This document shows positions 1 through 17,020 of a stretch of DNA of 64,000 nt, piece after piece. Numbering within the stretch: the stretch's first letter is position 1; every line of letters starts with the position of its first letter. Below the pieces are notes generated by a model, which was not told the origin of the DNA, ran no database searches, and was given only the letters and a program-made list of their open reading frames with translations. The translations under genes and the position numbers were made by a program. The DNA comes from the human T2T-CHM13v2.0 reference genome, Homo sapiens. The stretch is from assembly GCF_009914755.1 (NCBI RefSeq), contig NC_060926.1; one strand, given 5' to 3'.

Positions 1-443
1 AGTTCCTGAATAACAGCTGACTTTCATCTGGGACCCCAGCCCAGGCTCCATTGCATGCAGGCTTGGGGCCACTCCCAGAGTGGCTCACTGGGCTTCCACA
101 CACTCCAGCTCTTGAGGGTAGAGTTGGCTTGAAAGTTCTAGGGCACAACATCAAGGCCGTACTTAAAAATCAACCTTTTTTCAGAGAGTGCCATTTTGTG
201 TTCTGTACAATTTATTTGTGGGCTTCTGAGAATTGGTTGGCAGTTTATGTAATATCCCTGCAACGATGAGAGGCAATCGCTTTCTGAAAACAAGACCTGT
301 GATTATCCCAGCAGCATGGCCTGGGTTCCCTTTGCAAAGGACAGGCTTCCACCTCCATGGAGGCTTCAGGAGATCCCTGAAAATGCCTTCCACACTTAGA
401 AGCAGAAATCTCCTCTCACGCTAGGAACTCCTGATGTGTACAG

Positions 444-649
444 CAGGATTTCTCAACCTTCACACTGTGGACATTGTGGGCCAGATAATTCTTTGTTGTG
501 GGACTGTCCTGTGTATTGTGGGATGTTTAGTGGCACCCCTTTGCCTCTACCCAGTAGATCCCAGTTATGATAACTAAAAATGCCTCCAGACATTGCCAGG
601 TGTCCTGGGTGTGGGTGGGCACAAAATCACCCTCTAATGAAAATCACTG
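444..649 (-). mobile_element. MER20 (hAT-Charlie DNA transposon)
   Basis: caggatttctcaacc...gccagataattctttgttgtggg...cagacattgcca...caaaatcaccc...aatcactg matches the reverse complement of the MER20 consensus as I recall it. Confidence 0.8.
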
Positions 650-924
650 AGGCCATCTAGACATTTAGTCCCAAAACTTCTAACCCAGGCCCAGGATCTT
701 CTTTGAAATTATACTCATACTGCTTACACTGTGTGCTCAGCTCCAGGTCTGGGCCCAAACACACACAAGAATAGCTTCCTTCCACTGCCTTCTTTCATGC
801 AGGGTATTCAAACCCCGAAGGAGAAAGGAGCTGTCTGGGCCTCTCTTATCTTGAAGCATTATGGCTTCTGCCTGAAACTTTGGACCTTTTCTTAGGAGAG
901 AGCATCAACTAGAACCAGGGAAAA

Positions 925-1160
925 GCAATTATTGAGTGCCTGCTGTATACTGAGCACTGTTCTGGATGCTTCAGAATCAGCCCTAAATTCTTGCCCTCGT
1001 GGGGCTTTCATTATAGCGGGGAGGCTAAAAATAAACAATAAGTCAGTCAAGCACTTGGAAGAAAGTAAAAGATGAGAGGGGTGTGTGTGTATGGAGGGGA
1101 CTTCCACACTGAGTAGGGTGACCAGGGAGGCCTCATGAACAGACGAGGTTTGTTTTGAGA
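925..1160 (-). mobile_element. L2 fragment
   Basis: attattgagtgcctgctgtatactgagcactgttctgg, typical L2 3' end in antisense. Confidence 0.6.
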
Positions 1161-1620
1161 TAGACATCGCTGGGTTGAATGTGGGTCCTGCCATCCCATG
1201 AGCTATTTTGGAAGCTCCTCTAGTCCTTCTTTCGGGGACTAGATAGATGCTGTAGAGTGTTTAGCACAGGGACTGGCTCATGGTAAGGGTTCTATGGGGG
1301 TACAAGCTGGGCTTCCGGTCTGCCTTCATCACCTGGTGCCATCACTTTGTCTTAAGAACACTCGGGCAGGCTTCTTAATCTCCACAAACAGGTTTGTAAA
1401 AGGGAGATAAGAATAGTTTCAACCTCACAGTTGTTTTCAAAATGAAAAGACATCATAATACAAATGCTTGGCGGAGTCGTTGCCATGTAGTTGGTATTCA
1501 ATAAATGTCAGCTATTCTTATGATGATATACCAATTTAGAGCACCAAAAATAAGACATCATTAGGGCACATAAATTCATCACAGCTTCTCCCTAGTGAAA
1601 CACTTTCTGCTCTCTGAAGG

Positions 1621-1646
1621 GTGTGTGTGTGTGTGTGTGTGTGTGT
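1621..1646. repeat. (TG)n microsatellite
   Basis: Seen directly. Confidence 0.95.
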
Positions 1647-1809
1647 CCACATAAGGCATTTGGCAGACTTTCCAGCCAAGAGTTAGTGCTTCATAGACAC
1701 ATGTTCATTATTGTCATTATCACTGTCATCCTAGTACATGGTAGTTAATATTATGCCATCTGTACTGACCAAGATATGCCACTCTTTAGCTGGTAATTGT
1801 GATTAAAAT

Positions 1810-2480
1810 TTATTCAACAAATATTTTTTGAGCACATACTATATGCCAGACACTTATTTTAGGTTCTGGGGAACAGTAGTCCAAAAAAAAAAGGATAAAA
1901 GTTCCTGCCCTCAGGGGGCTGACATTTGGGTGAGGGGAATCAGATGAAGCAACATAGCTTGGCCGATTACACAGTAGTTAGAAGATGATAAGTGCTCTGG
2001 AGAAACCTAAGACATGGACAGGGCTGGGGACTAAGGGGGTGGATATAAATAAGAGCTCTGTAATGTGGCCAGGGGAAAGCACATCTCTGACATTGGAGTG
2101 GAAACCAGAAGAAAGCGAGGGAGCGAGCCATGCAATGAGAAGAAGGGTGTTCAAGACAGAGGGAACACTGCAAAGGCTCAGAGGTCAGGGCATACTTGAT
2201 GGGTGACAACAACAGAAGCGAAGTGGACAGCTGGCAAAGAGCAAGTGAGGGGAGCTTAGAAGACGTGGTCACAGAGGCAACTGGGGAGGCTGAGCTATTG
2301 AAAAGACATTGGCTCATCCTCTGAATGAGATGAGAGGGGGAACTAATGAATGCTTCCAATCTGACATATTATACAATAACCTCTCCAGCTTGTTGTATCA
2401 TTAGCAGCCTATGGAAAGGCAAGGGAGGAATCAGAGAGTCCATTTAGGAGATTTGATGTATTCCAGATGACTAGGACCAG
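1810..2480 (-). mobile_element. L2 fragment
   Basis: ttattcaacaaatatttttgagcacatactatgccagacact followed by purine-rich L2-like body. Confidence 0.65.
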
Positions 2481-2919
2481 GATATTAGGAGGTAAAAATG
2501 TGTCTCATTCTAACACAGTCCTATTAAAATTATTTAACTACCATAAGGGAATCTATCAAATGAACATCACCCGTAAAAAACAAAACAAAATAAAACACCA
2601 AAAAACTGTGTATATATGGGTTGCTATGTACTTTAAAATATCAGTTCTGGAATTTTTTTAATTTTAGATTTTTTAAAAAACTATTTCATTTTAGAAATTT
2701 TTAAATTTTCACAGAAGTAAAGAGATAAGGAACTCATATGTTACCATCACACAAATGTAATAATTATCAACATATCTTATCTATACATCTGTATAAATCT
2801 ATGTAAATAATCCACACTGAATTATTTTAAAGCAAATTCCAAACATCATATACTTTCTACCATAAATATGTCCATATGTATCTTTACAGATTCTGCACAT
2901 TCTCTGATGTTTTTTACAC

Positions 2920-3223
2920 TTTCTTTCTTTCTTTTTTTTTTTTTTTTTTTTTTGGTGACAGAATCTCGTCCTGTAGCCCAGGATGGAGTGCAATGGTGCT
3001 ATCTCAGCTTACTGCAACCTCTGCCTCCTGGGTTCAAGCAATTCTCCTGCTTCAGCCTCCTGAGTAGCCGGGATTACAGGTGCATGCCACCATGCCTGGC
3101 TAATTTTTTTTTTTTTTGTATTTTCAGTAGAGATGGGGTTTCACCGTGTGTTAGCCAGGATGGTCTCGATCTTCTGACCTTGTGATCTGCCCGCCTCAGC
3201 CTCCCAAAGTGCTGGGATTACAG
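2920..3223 (-). mobile_element. Alu (S/Y type), slightly 5'-truncated
   Basis: Poly-T tail, both arms, ends at gctgggattacag. Confidence 0.93.
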
Positions 3224-3229
3224 CCATTC

Positions 3230-4607
<1,378 letters not shown>

Positions 4608-4699
4608 TGAATTAATTTCTGGAGCAATTGTAAATAATATTATATTTTAAATTTCATTCTCCATGTGTTTATTGCTAGTATATAGAAATGAAATTCAGT

Positions 4700-6270
4700 T
4701 TTTTAAAAAAAGAATAAGACTTTTAATGGCAGTTTTATATTTACAGAAAAATTGAGTAGAAAGTACAGAGGGTTCCCATCCCACCACCTACACAGTTTCT
4801 CCTATTATTAACATCTTGCTTTATCTTGGTACGTTTGTTACAATTGATGAGCCAACATTGATCCATTATTATTAACTAAAGTCAGGATTCACTCTTTGTG
4901 TTAGGCACTGAATGAGTTTTGACAAGTGTGTAATGGCATGTATCCACCATAGTATCATACAGATTAGTCTCATTACCCTAAAAATCCTCGGTGTACTGTT
5001 TATTTATCCCTTTCTGCCCCCAAACCATCGCAACCACTGATCTTTTTGCTTCATCGTTTTACCTTTTTCAGAATGTCGTATAGTTAAAATCACACCAGAT
5101 GTGGCCTTTTCAGATTGGCTTCTTTCACTTAGTATGTGCATTTAAGGTTCCTCCATGTCTTTCCATGGCATGATAGTTCATTTCTTTATTGTGATAAATA
5201 ATGTCTCATTAGTGGGTGTATCATTGTTTATGCATTCATCTATTGAAGCACATCTTGGTTGCCTGTAAGCTTTGGCAATTATTAATAAAGCCTCTATAAA
5301 CATTTGTGTGCAGGTTTTTTTGTGGACATAAGTTTTCACCTCTGGGGTAAATACCAAGGAGTGCAATTTCTGGATCGTATGGTGAGAGCATGCTTAAAGA
5401 AGCTGCGAAGCGGTCTTCCAAAGAGACCATACCATTTTACATTCTCACCAGTAATGAATGAGTTACTGTTGTTCTATATCCTTGTCAGCATTTGGTGTTG
5501 TCGGTGCTTTTGGACTTAGCCATTCGAATAGGTGTGTAGTAGCATCTCATTGTTTTAATCTGCAATTCTCTAATGACATATGATGTTGAACATCTTTTCT
5601 CATGCTTATTTACTATCTGTATTTCTTCTTTTGTGAGGCTTCTGTTAAATTCTCTCAGTTTCTAATTGGATTGTTTGGTTTTTTATTCTTGAATTTTAAG
5701 ATTTCTTTGCGTATTTTCAGTACCAGTCCTTTATTGGATACATGTTTTTAAAAAAAAAATTATCCCAGTTTGTGGCTTTTCTTTACATTTTCTTAACAGT
5801 GTCGTTCACAGAGCAGAAATTTTAAATTTTAATAAAGTCCAATTTGTCTCTGTTTTTTTTCTTGGGTGATGCTTTTCGTATTGTATATAAAAAGTCATTA
5901 CCCAACCCAAGATTCCCTAGAGTTTCCCTTATTTTCAAGGAGTTTTATGGTTTAGCATTTTACATTTAGATCTATGATTTATTTTGAGTCAAATTTTGTG
6001 AAAGGTGTAAGATCTGTGTCTAGGTTCATTATTTTGCGTATGGATTTTCAATTGTGTCAGCACCATTTATGGAAAAAACGACTTTCTCCATTGAATTTCC
6101 TTCGCCTTTTTGTCAGATTAGTTGATTATATTTGTGTAGGTCTCTTTCTGGGCTCTCTTTTCTGTTCCATTGATCTATTTATTCTTTTACCAATACTACA
6201 ATTCCTTTGTTATTCTAGCTTGATAGTAAGTATTGAAGGTGGATTGTGTCAGTCTTCGTTTTTCTACTAC
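4700..6270 (-). mobile_element. L1MC-type 3' end nested in the older L1M
   Basis: ttacagaaaaattgagtagaaagtacagag 3'-end signature. Antisense ORF remnants (PYDPEIALLGIYP, KTCTQMFIEAL) are the ORF2 C-terminus. Confidence 0.75.
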
Positions 6271-6271
6271 G

Positions 6272-9840
<3,569 letters not shown>

Positions 9841-9879
9841 TCCTGGAAGCAGAAGTTAACTTTATCTGGTTATATTCTG

Positions 9880-10440
9880 AAGGAACAGCTGACTGGATTG
9901 ACTGATGGGCTGGGTATGGGGTGTAAGGGAAAGAGCAGTCATTAATGACTCTTTTTTGTCCTTAGCAATTGGAGGGATGGAGTTGCTATTAGTAGAGATA
10001 GAGAAGGAAGACCGAGGTTGAGCTGAGTTTTAAGAAGATGATTTGCAGTTTTTGAACATGTTACATTTAAGATACATAGTGGAGTTTTGTAGGCTTTTGG
10101 ATTGCAGAGTCTGGAGTTGAAGGTGGAGGTCTGGGCAGGAACTGTGCATTTAAGCGTCATGGCATGGAGGTTATAAAGCTGTGGGATAAGACTAAACCAT
10201 GTGAGAATGAGTGCAGAGAGAAGGGAGATCAGTCCAAGGACTGAGCCCTAGGATGCTCCATTGTTACAAGGTCAGGGATAAGAGTAGGGGCCAGCAAAGG
10301 AGACTAAGGATGGGCAGCTTGGGAGGCAGGAATCATGATGAATGTTTTTTTCAGGGCAGGGAATGATGAGATGGACCAAATACTGCTGAGAAGTAGAGGA
10401 AGGCGCAACCGAAATCTAATCCTTGGATTTAGTAGGTTGT
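9880..10440 (-). mobile_element. L2 fragment
   Basis: Purine-rich L2-like motifs (tttgaacatgttacattt, ccaaggactgagccc, ttggatttag). Confidence 0.55.
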
Positions 10441-10704
10441 CCAGAGCAATGTAGAAAAACATTTGACGTAAGGTTTTGCCTCATGGGATTTTTACTTATC
10501 AAGCTCACCATCACATTTTATATCATTCATAAAAGGTAAGCTTTAGTACTGCTTGGACTCCAGTGCTGGGATGAGGAATTTGATCCAGTGAAATTATCAA
10601 CAATTAGAGACATAAACTGCTCAAAGGCACCATAGTAATTTCATCAGACCTATTTATTTGTTTCTTGTTTCTTCTGTCTACTTATTGAAACCTACTAATA
10701 TATT

Positions 10705-11029
<325 letters not shown>

Positions 11030-12316
11030 CTACTAACATATTGATAATTTAATAATAAAAATAGAAAAATAATTTTTATTTGCTATTTTATAAAAATTAT
11101 TAATACCACAATAAATGACTTTATTTCATTTTTATTTCAAATTAAATGGAATGATGAAAACATATATGGGGCTCATATTTTATGCAATCATACTTTACTT
11201 TTTATATATTGCCCCCTTGAATCTTAATACACTACCTCATAGTAGTACATCAGGACTACTTGAAAGCCAAGGATTTCATCTGAAGCCAAGGAAACAAAGA
11301 AGTTAGGTCTCTCACCCAAAGATCGGCGAGCTGCCTCCATTTCCATAACTTTTTTCATAGTCAACTTTAGAACATTTAAAAAATATTTATGATTCGTGTT
11401 CCTCATGAGCAATAGTCACTTTAAAACAAGATCTATTTGTTAATTAGGGAAGATTTGGTAAGCTTTATTATTTTACATTTTAGTTTTGTATAGAGCATCA
11501 ATATATTTTTTTTCTTTCTATTTAGAAACAAGTTTGGGGACATGGGGATAAAATTACAGTGACTTTTAAGTGTTAATATTTTTAAATATAATTGATTTTT
11601 ATCAGCTGCTTTTTCTAGTACCCAAGTTCATTGCTTCAAGTCTGTACATAGCCAAGGCCAAGGCTGTTATTTACACCAATAAACCATAGATTTAATATTG
11701 TTAAGGAAAGTGAAATGTCTTATGGAAAGCAAAGTGTTAACTTGTTTCCAGAGCAACAGCTGTTGTTATGCACTATGGAGGGAATTTGCTGTAACAGCTT
11801 GCTATGTTGAGTAGCTAGAGAGGAAGTCTTCCAAAGATATATCCTATCACTGCAAATAAATAAGGAAAATGAAACCCCCTCCTAAACCATATACAGAGTA
11901 GCTATGGGAACACTATGTTTGATTTTTGCAATGATTTCCTGCGTAAAATGGGCAATTTTAGATGGCTGGTTTTTTCAAATAGAAACTGGAAAGTTCAATG
12001 TATGCAGTTCATTATCAAAAAGAAATATTGACAATCTACATGCTGGGACTCTAAGCAGAAGAGTCAGAAGTGACTTCTGATGCTGTTGATTCTCTTTTTA
12101 TGGAGAAACAAACAAAAAACTAAGGGGGTTGGTTAAGTGACTTCCTTCTAAAGAAGACACAGCAAATAGTTGTCAGGTCAGTGAGGACAACTCAAGGCTA
12201 CCAGCAGACATTTCCACCACATTCCTTTAGCTCCATCCCTAGAAGAGCCAAGTCTGTAAAAGATGCCCAGGGAGGTACTGCACTCAGTGAATGCTGACAT
12301 TAAACACCAACGATCT

Positions 12317-12489
12317 GTTGGGTGCAATGGTGTGCTCTTTTAGTTCCAGCAACTCAGGAGACTGAAGTGGGAGGATCTCTTGAGCACAGGAGTTTGAGGC
12401 TGTAGTGAGCTATGATCATGCCTGTGAACAGCCCTGCACTCTAGCCTAAGCAACATAGTGAGAAGCTGTGTCTAAAAAAACAAACAAAA
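12317..12489 (+). mobile_element. FAM (fossil Alu monomer)
   Basis: Monomer retaining the 7SL-derived cctgtgaacagccctgcactctagcc segment. A-rich tail. TSD aaacaccaacgatc / aaacagcaatgatc. Confidence 0.8.
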
Positions 12490-13186
12490 AAACAGCAATG
12501 ATCATGTTTCTTGATAAGTAAAGAAAATGTGACTCTCAGCCTGTGAATAAATAAACTGCACACATTTGTTCCAGGATAATGAGGTATGCTTGCCCTGCCA
12601 GAGATGCTAGCTATGTCTCAGCTATCTTGTCTGTCCCAACGAGACACTCATCTTAACCCTGGCTGTTCGTATGTGGTTCACATTCCAAACTACGCAGGAC
12701 CTGATTCTGAACCGGCCAAGTATTTTTCCAAGGCATCTGCTGGCAGACACGGGCCACTATTTGCAGGTACAACCCTCTCAGCCCATCAGCTGATAGCTAC
12801 TCTTATCTCTGTATCTTTATTTTCTTCCTAGAAACTTTTTGTACCTCTCCCTTTTTATTCAAATTTATCTATAAGGTCCCTTGATCATGTCAATTTCCCC
12901 ACTGGGTAGACTAGTTTACAGAAAGTATTGTCAGAGTTTTCCATGCCTTTGTCTCACAGTATTTTACCACTTAAGAAAAAAGCATCAGGAAAATATAAGG
13001 CTCTGTAAGAAAGAAAAGAAAGTATGTGTTTTTCTACCTTTTTTTTTTTGGTCTATTTTTCTTACTGAAAACACTCCCATGCGAAACCAGACTGCAAGCA
13101 TTTTGTCAGTGGTGTTGATATTGATGGACTGAAGCTCCATGTGGACAAACAGCCAATGTTAAGTTAGTCAGTGATTTTTGTAATAT

Positions 13187-13733
13187 TGTTATAGAAAAGG
13201 TGTCCAGATCCAGACCCCAAGAGGGGGGTTTTTGGGTCTCGCGAAGAAAGACTTCAGGGTGAGTCTGTAGAGTAAAGTGAAAGCAAGCTTATTAAGAAAG
13301 TTGAGGAATAAAAGAATGGCTACTCCATAGACAGAGCAGCCCTTAGGGCTGCTGGTTGTCCATTTTTATGGTTATTTCTTGTTTATATGCTAAACAAAGG
13401 GTGGATTATTCATGCCTCCCCTTTTTAGACCATATAGGGTAACTTGCTGACGTTGCCATGGCATTTTAAACTGTCATGGTGCTGGTGGGAGTGTAGCAGC
13501 GAGGACAACCAGAGGTCACTCTCATCGCCATCTTGGTTTTGGTGGGTTTTTGCCAGCTTCTTTACTGCAACCTGTTTTATCAGCAAGGTCTTTATGACTT
13601 GTATTTTGTTCTGACCTTCTATCTTGTCCTGTGACTTAGAATGCCTTAATCATCTAGGAATGCAGCCCAGTAGGTTTCAGCCTCATCTTACCCAGCTCGA
13701 GATGGAGTTGCTCTGGTTCCAACACCTCCGACA
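13187..13733 (-). mobile_element. MER41A solo LTR (ERV1)
   Basis: TG...CA termini, 547 bp, 4-bp TSD ATAT. Matches the MER41 consensus as recalled (gaatggctactccatagacagagcagccc, gatggagttgctctggttc). Confidence 0.88.
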
Positions 13734-14892
13734 ATATCATTTGTATGAAAAGTTCATGCAACTTGGGCCAAAATGTTCCACTGAAAAATGAGCACATCAT
13801 AAAAGGACCAGTATGACGTGTTCCTTACATTCTCCCTCCAGCTACTTCCCTGAAGCCAAAGCTTTTCACTGTTCTGCACCTGCAAGCTGAGCTCCTCCAA
13901 GCACCACTCCCCACTCCTCCTCAGTCCCCTTTCTTCTTACTGCCTGCTCTGCTGTTTCCATTTTCAGGCCAGTCCCACTCTCCCCTTTAAGAATCACCTC
14001 CCCCAAAGAGCTTTTATGCAATATGCTAAGATTGCACCCTTTCTCTATTCTGGCATAATAAACCATCCATAGTCTTTCCTTGCACTTGGCATAGACGATA
14101 GCCATCTAATTGTATATTTCTTTCCTTTTAGACTGCTTGGTGGCACATATTGTACTTTTTCATAGTGTATCACCAATAAGTGCTCTCCTAGCCTAGCACA
14201 GTAGCTGATACAAGGTAGATTTTCAATCGGTGCTCAAACATGTAAATGAGAGTGTGGAACTCAATTTAGTTGTTAACCACTCCTTTTTCTGGGTGTCTTA
14301 TAATACAAATAGAGGGGAAAATATCAAATCATTTTAGTACTATGAAATTTCTGAACTCACTTTTCTGATACAGAAATCGTAGAAACTACTTTTAATTCAC
14401 ATACCTAAGAGAAAGATTCCAAGATGTGTAATAACAATATCATAAAAGACTATAAGTTTCCCTGGGGAAATGTGATTTCTTGGATGTTAGATGTTTATGA
14501 GGCAAATCACCTAAAAATTATGAAAATGAAGACTCAGGGGTCCTAGAATACTTACAACTAAGTAAATAAGCCTTTGCTATAATTATTTTCTACTGTCTGT
14601 ACAAAAGCCAAAGCAAGCAGATTCCAATTTAGTGTTTAAAAAAGTATAAGAATAAAGTAGTCTTAAAATGTTCCTATCATGGCTTAGTCTAAAAGATCAC
14701 AGGTCTTTTCAGGTGTAGATTGATTTTTTTTTTTTTTTTTTTAAGGAAATCAGTGAATGAGGAAATTTGTCTTTTCTGGCAGTTTTAGAATTGGGCAGGA
14801 GGATTTACAGAAGTCCCTGGTGTTCTTGATTCATTTGAAGCACTGGAATTCCGGCACATGGAGAGGAAGATTACATAGCACTCAGCAATCTG

Positions 14893-15195
14893 TTTTTTTT
14901 TTTTTTTTTTTTTTTGTGACAGAGTCTTACTCTGTCGCCCAGGCGGGAATGCAGTGGTGTGATCTCAGCTCACTGTAACCTCTGCCACCTGGGTTCAAGT
15001 GATTCTCCTGCCTCAGCCTCCTGAGTACCTGGGATTACAGGCGCCTGCCACCGCACCTGGCTAATTTTTGTGTTTTTAGAAGAGACGAGGTTTCACCATC
15101 TTGGTCAGGCTGGTCTTGAACTCCTGACCTCGTGATCCACCTGCCTTGGCCTCCCAAAGTGTTGGTATTACAGGTGTGAGCCACCGCGTCCAGCC
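14893..15195 (-). mobile_element. Alu (S family)
   Basis: Poly-T plus full antisense dimer. Confidence 0.95.
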
Positions 15196-15884
15196 TGAGC
15201 TCACTTACTTAGTACTCAGGTGTTAACATTCGAAACCTTGATACCTTAGCTCTTCTTTTTCCAAGGCCTGCTTCTCTTTCATAGGGATTTACATGATAAA
15301 GATTCTCCAGTGATTGTGACAGTGAGGTCAAGATCCTGGATTCATTTCCATTTTGAATGAGTTTGCTTCACTCTGTTCCCTGGCCATTGAATATCTCATT
15401 AACCTTGGGATTACAGGGGGTATTGAGTGGTAAATTGTTGATTCTCTACTTACTCATATTTTATTGAGCACCTATTACATGCCAACCATAAAGCTTCCAC
15501 TGGGTTTAGAGAGATGAGCAAGACTGAGTCCCGGACACTCACAATCAGGAAGTGGAGGGGGATTGCACAGGGAATGGAAGTACAGTGCTCAGTCTAGTGA
15601 CTGGCATTCAGTTAGCGCTGACCTTCATCCCAATCATCCTAATTATAAAATAAGTATTAATCATCACATTTTAGGGAAGGAAACTGAGGCATGGAGAAGC
15701 CAAGTAATTTGGCCAAGGTCGCACACCCGGTAAAGGGTATTCCAACTCTTGAATATACCTCTATTCTGAATGATTCTACACGTTCCTGCCTTTAGTGGAG
15801 GTAAGGAAGTAACTCTCTCCGTGATGTCCCTTTAAGGAAGGAAGGATGCTTTCTCAGATGAAGGAGAAGACGTGCTTTCATCAA

Positions 15885-16236
15885 CTTGGACTGCTGTAAC
15901 AAAATACCACAGCCTGGCGGCTTAAACAAGACATTTATTTCTCATCACTCTGAAGGTGTGAAGTCCAAGATCAGGGTGCCAGCATGGCTGGGTTTGAGCA
16001 GGGCTCTCTTCAGGGTTGCAGATGGCTTTGTATTTTGTACTCTTGCTGGCGGAAAGAGAATGAACTCTCTCCTCCTCTTCTCATAAAGTCACTAATCCCA
16101 TCATGAGGACCCTACTCTCATAACCTCATCTAAATTTATTTACTTCCTCAAGTCTCCATCTTCAGATTCTCTCACACTTTGGGGGTTAGGGGTTCAACAT
16201 ATGAATTTGAGTGAGTGAGCACATTCAGTCCATGGT
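15885..16236 (-). mobile_element. MLT1-type LTR (ERVL-MaLR)
   Basis: ctgctgtaacaaaataccacagcctggcggcttaaac...atttatttctca...aagtccaagatcagggtgccagcatgg...acattcagtccat. Confidence 0.8.
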
Positions 16237-16449
16237 AAGTAGGAAGTCTATTTATTCTAGTTAGAGGAAACAGGATTGCAAAGAAGGGCCTTGAAGGATG
16301 GTAATAACTTTTCCTTCAGAGGACTTCAGCATTTTTTCAAAATTTCTGGCGGACATAGCAGGAGGAGCCAGAATGGGAAGATTTGATCCTAGAAGATGCA
16401 GAGGGATCAGTGCCAAGCAACTTTTAGAAACACAACAAACATGACTAGT

Positions 16450-16640
16450 GATAGTGGATTCTCCAGATAGCCCTGAATTAAAATCTTGAACCTATCCTTT
16501 ACTGGCTCTTTAATTTCTGGAATATGACTTAACCTCTCTGAGCCTCATCTGTAAAATACAACATAGAGATTGCTGGGAAGACAGAGGAAAGAACACATGT
16601 GAGGGCTAAGCCATTGCCTGACTTGCAGAACCTGCTTTTT
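16450..16640 (+). mobile_element. MIR
   Basis: tgacttaacctctctgagcctcatctgtaaaat MIR core. Confidence 0.6.
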
Positions 16641-16669
16641 AAAACTAGCCACTCAGAGGGACCAGGAGT

Positions 16670-17020
16670 CTTACCTTTCTTAATCTGGCTGCATATCACA
16701 GTGTCCCAGTGGGCTTTATTTTTTAAAATTTATTATTAAAAATATTTGTTTATTTTTGAGAGACAAGGGTGGCGGTGGAGAATGTCTTGCTATGTTGCCC
16801 AGGCTGGATTTGAACTCCTGGGCTCAAGTGATCCTCCTGTGTAACAGGGATTACACAGTGTGCCACTGCACCCAGCTTTACTGGGCTTTTGAAAACACTG
16901 ATGCCTGTGCCCACCCTTAGGGGTCCTCATTCAGCTGGTCTGGTTTGGAATCCTAGCATGGGTGTTATGTTTTGGCTCTCCAAGTGGTTCTGATGTGTGG
17001 CAGCAATGGGGACAACTGAC
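16670..17020. mobile_element. MER5-like hAT element interrupted by an antisense FLAM monomer (about 16720-16877)
   Basis: ggctgcatatca...gggcttt | FLAM | gggcttttgaaaacactgatgcctg...gttctgatgtgt. The gggcttt is duplicated around the monomer. Confidence 0.6.
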
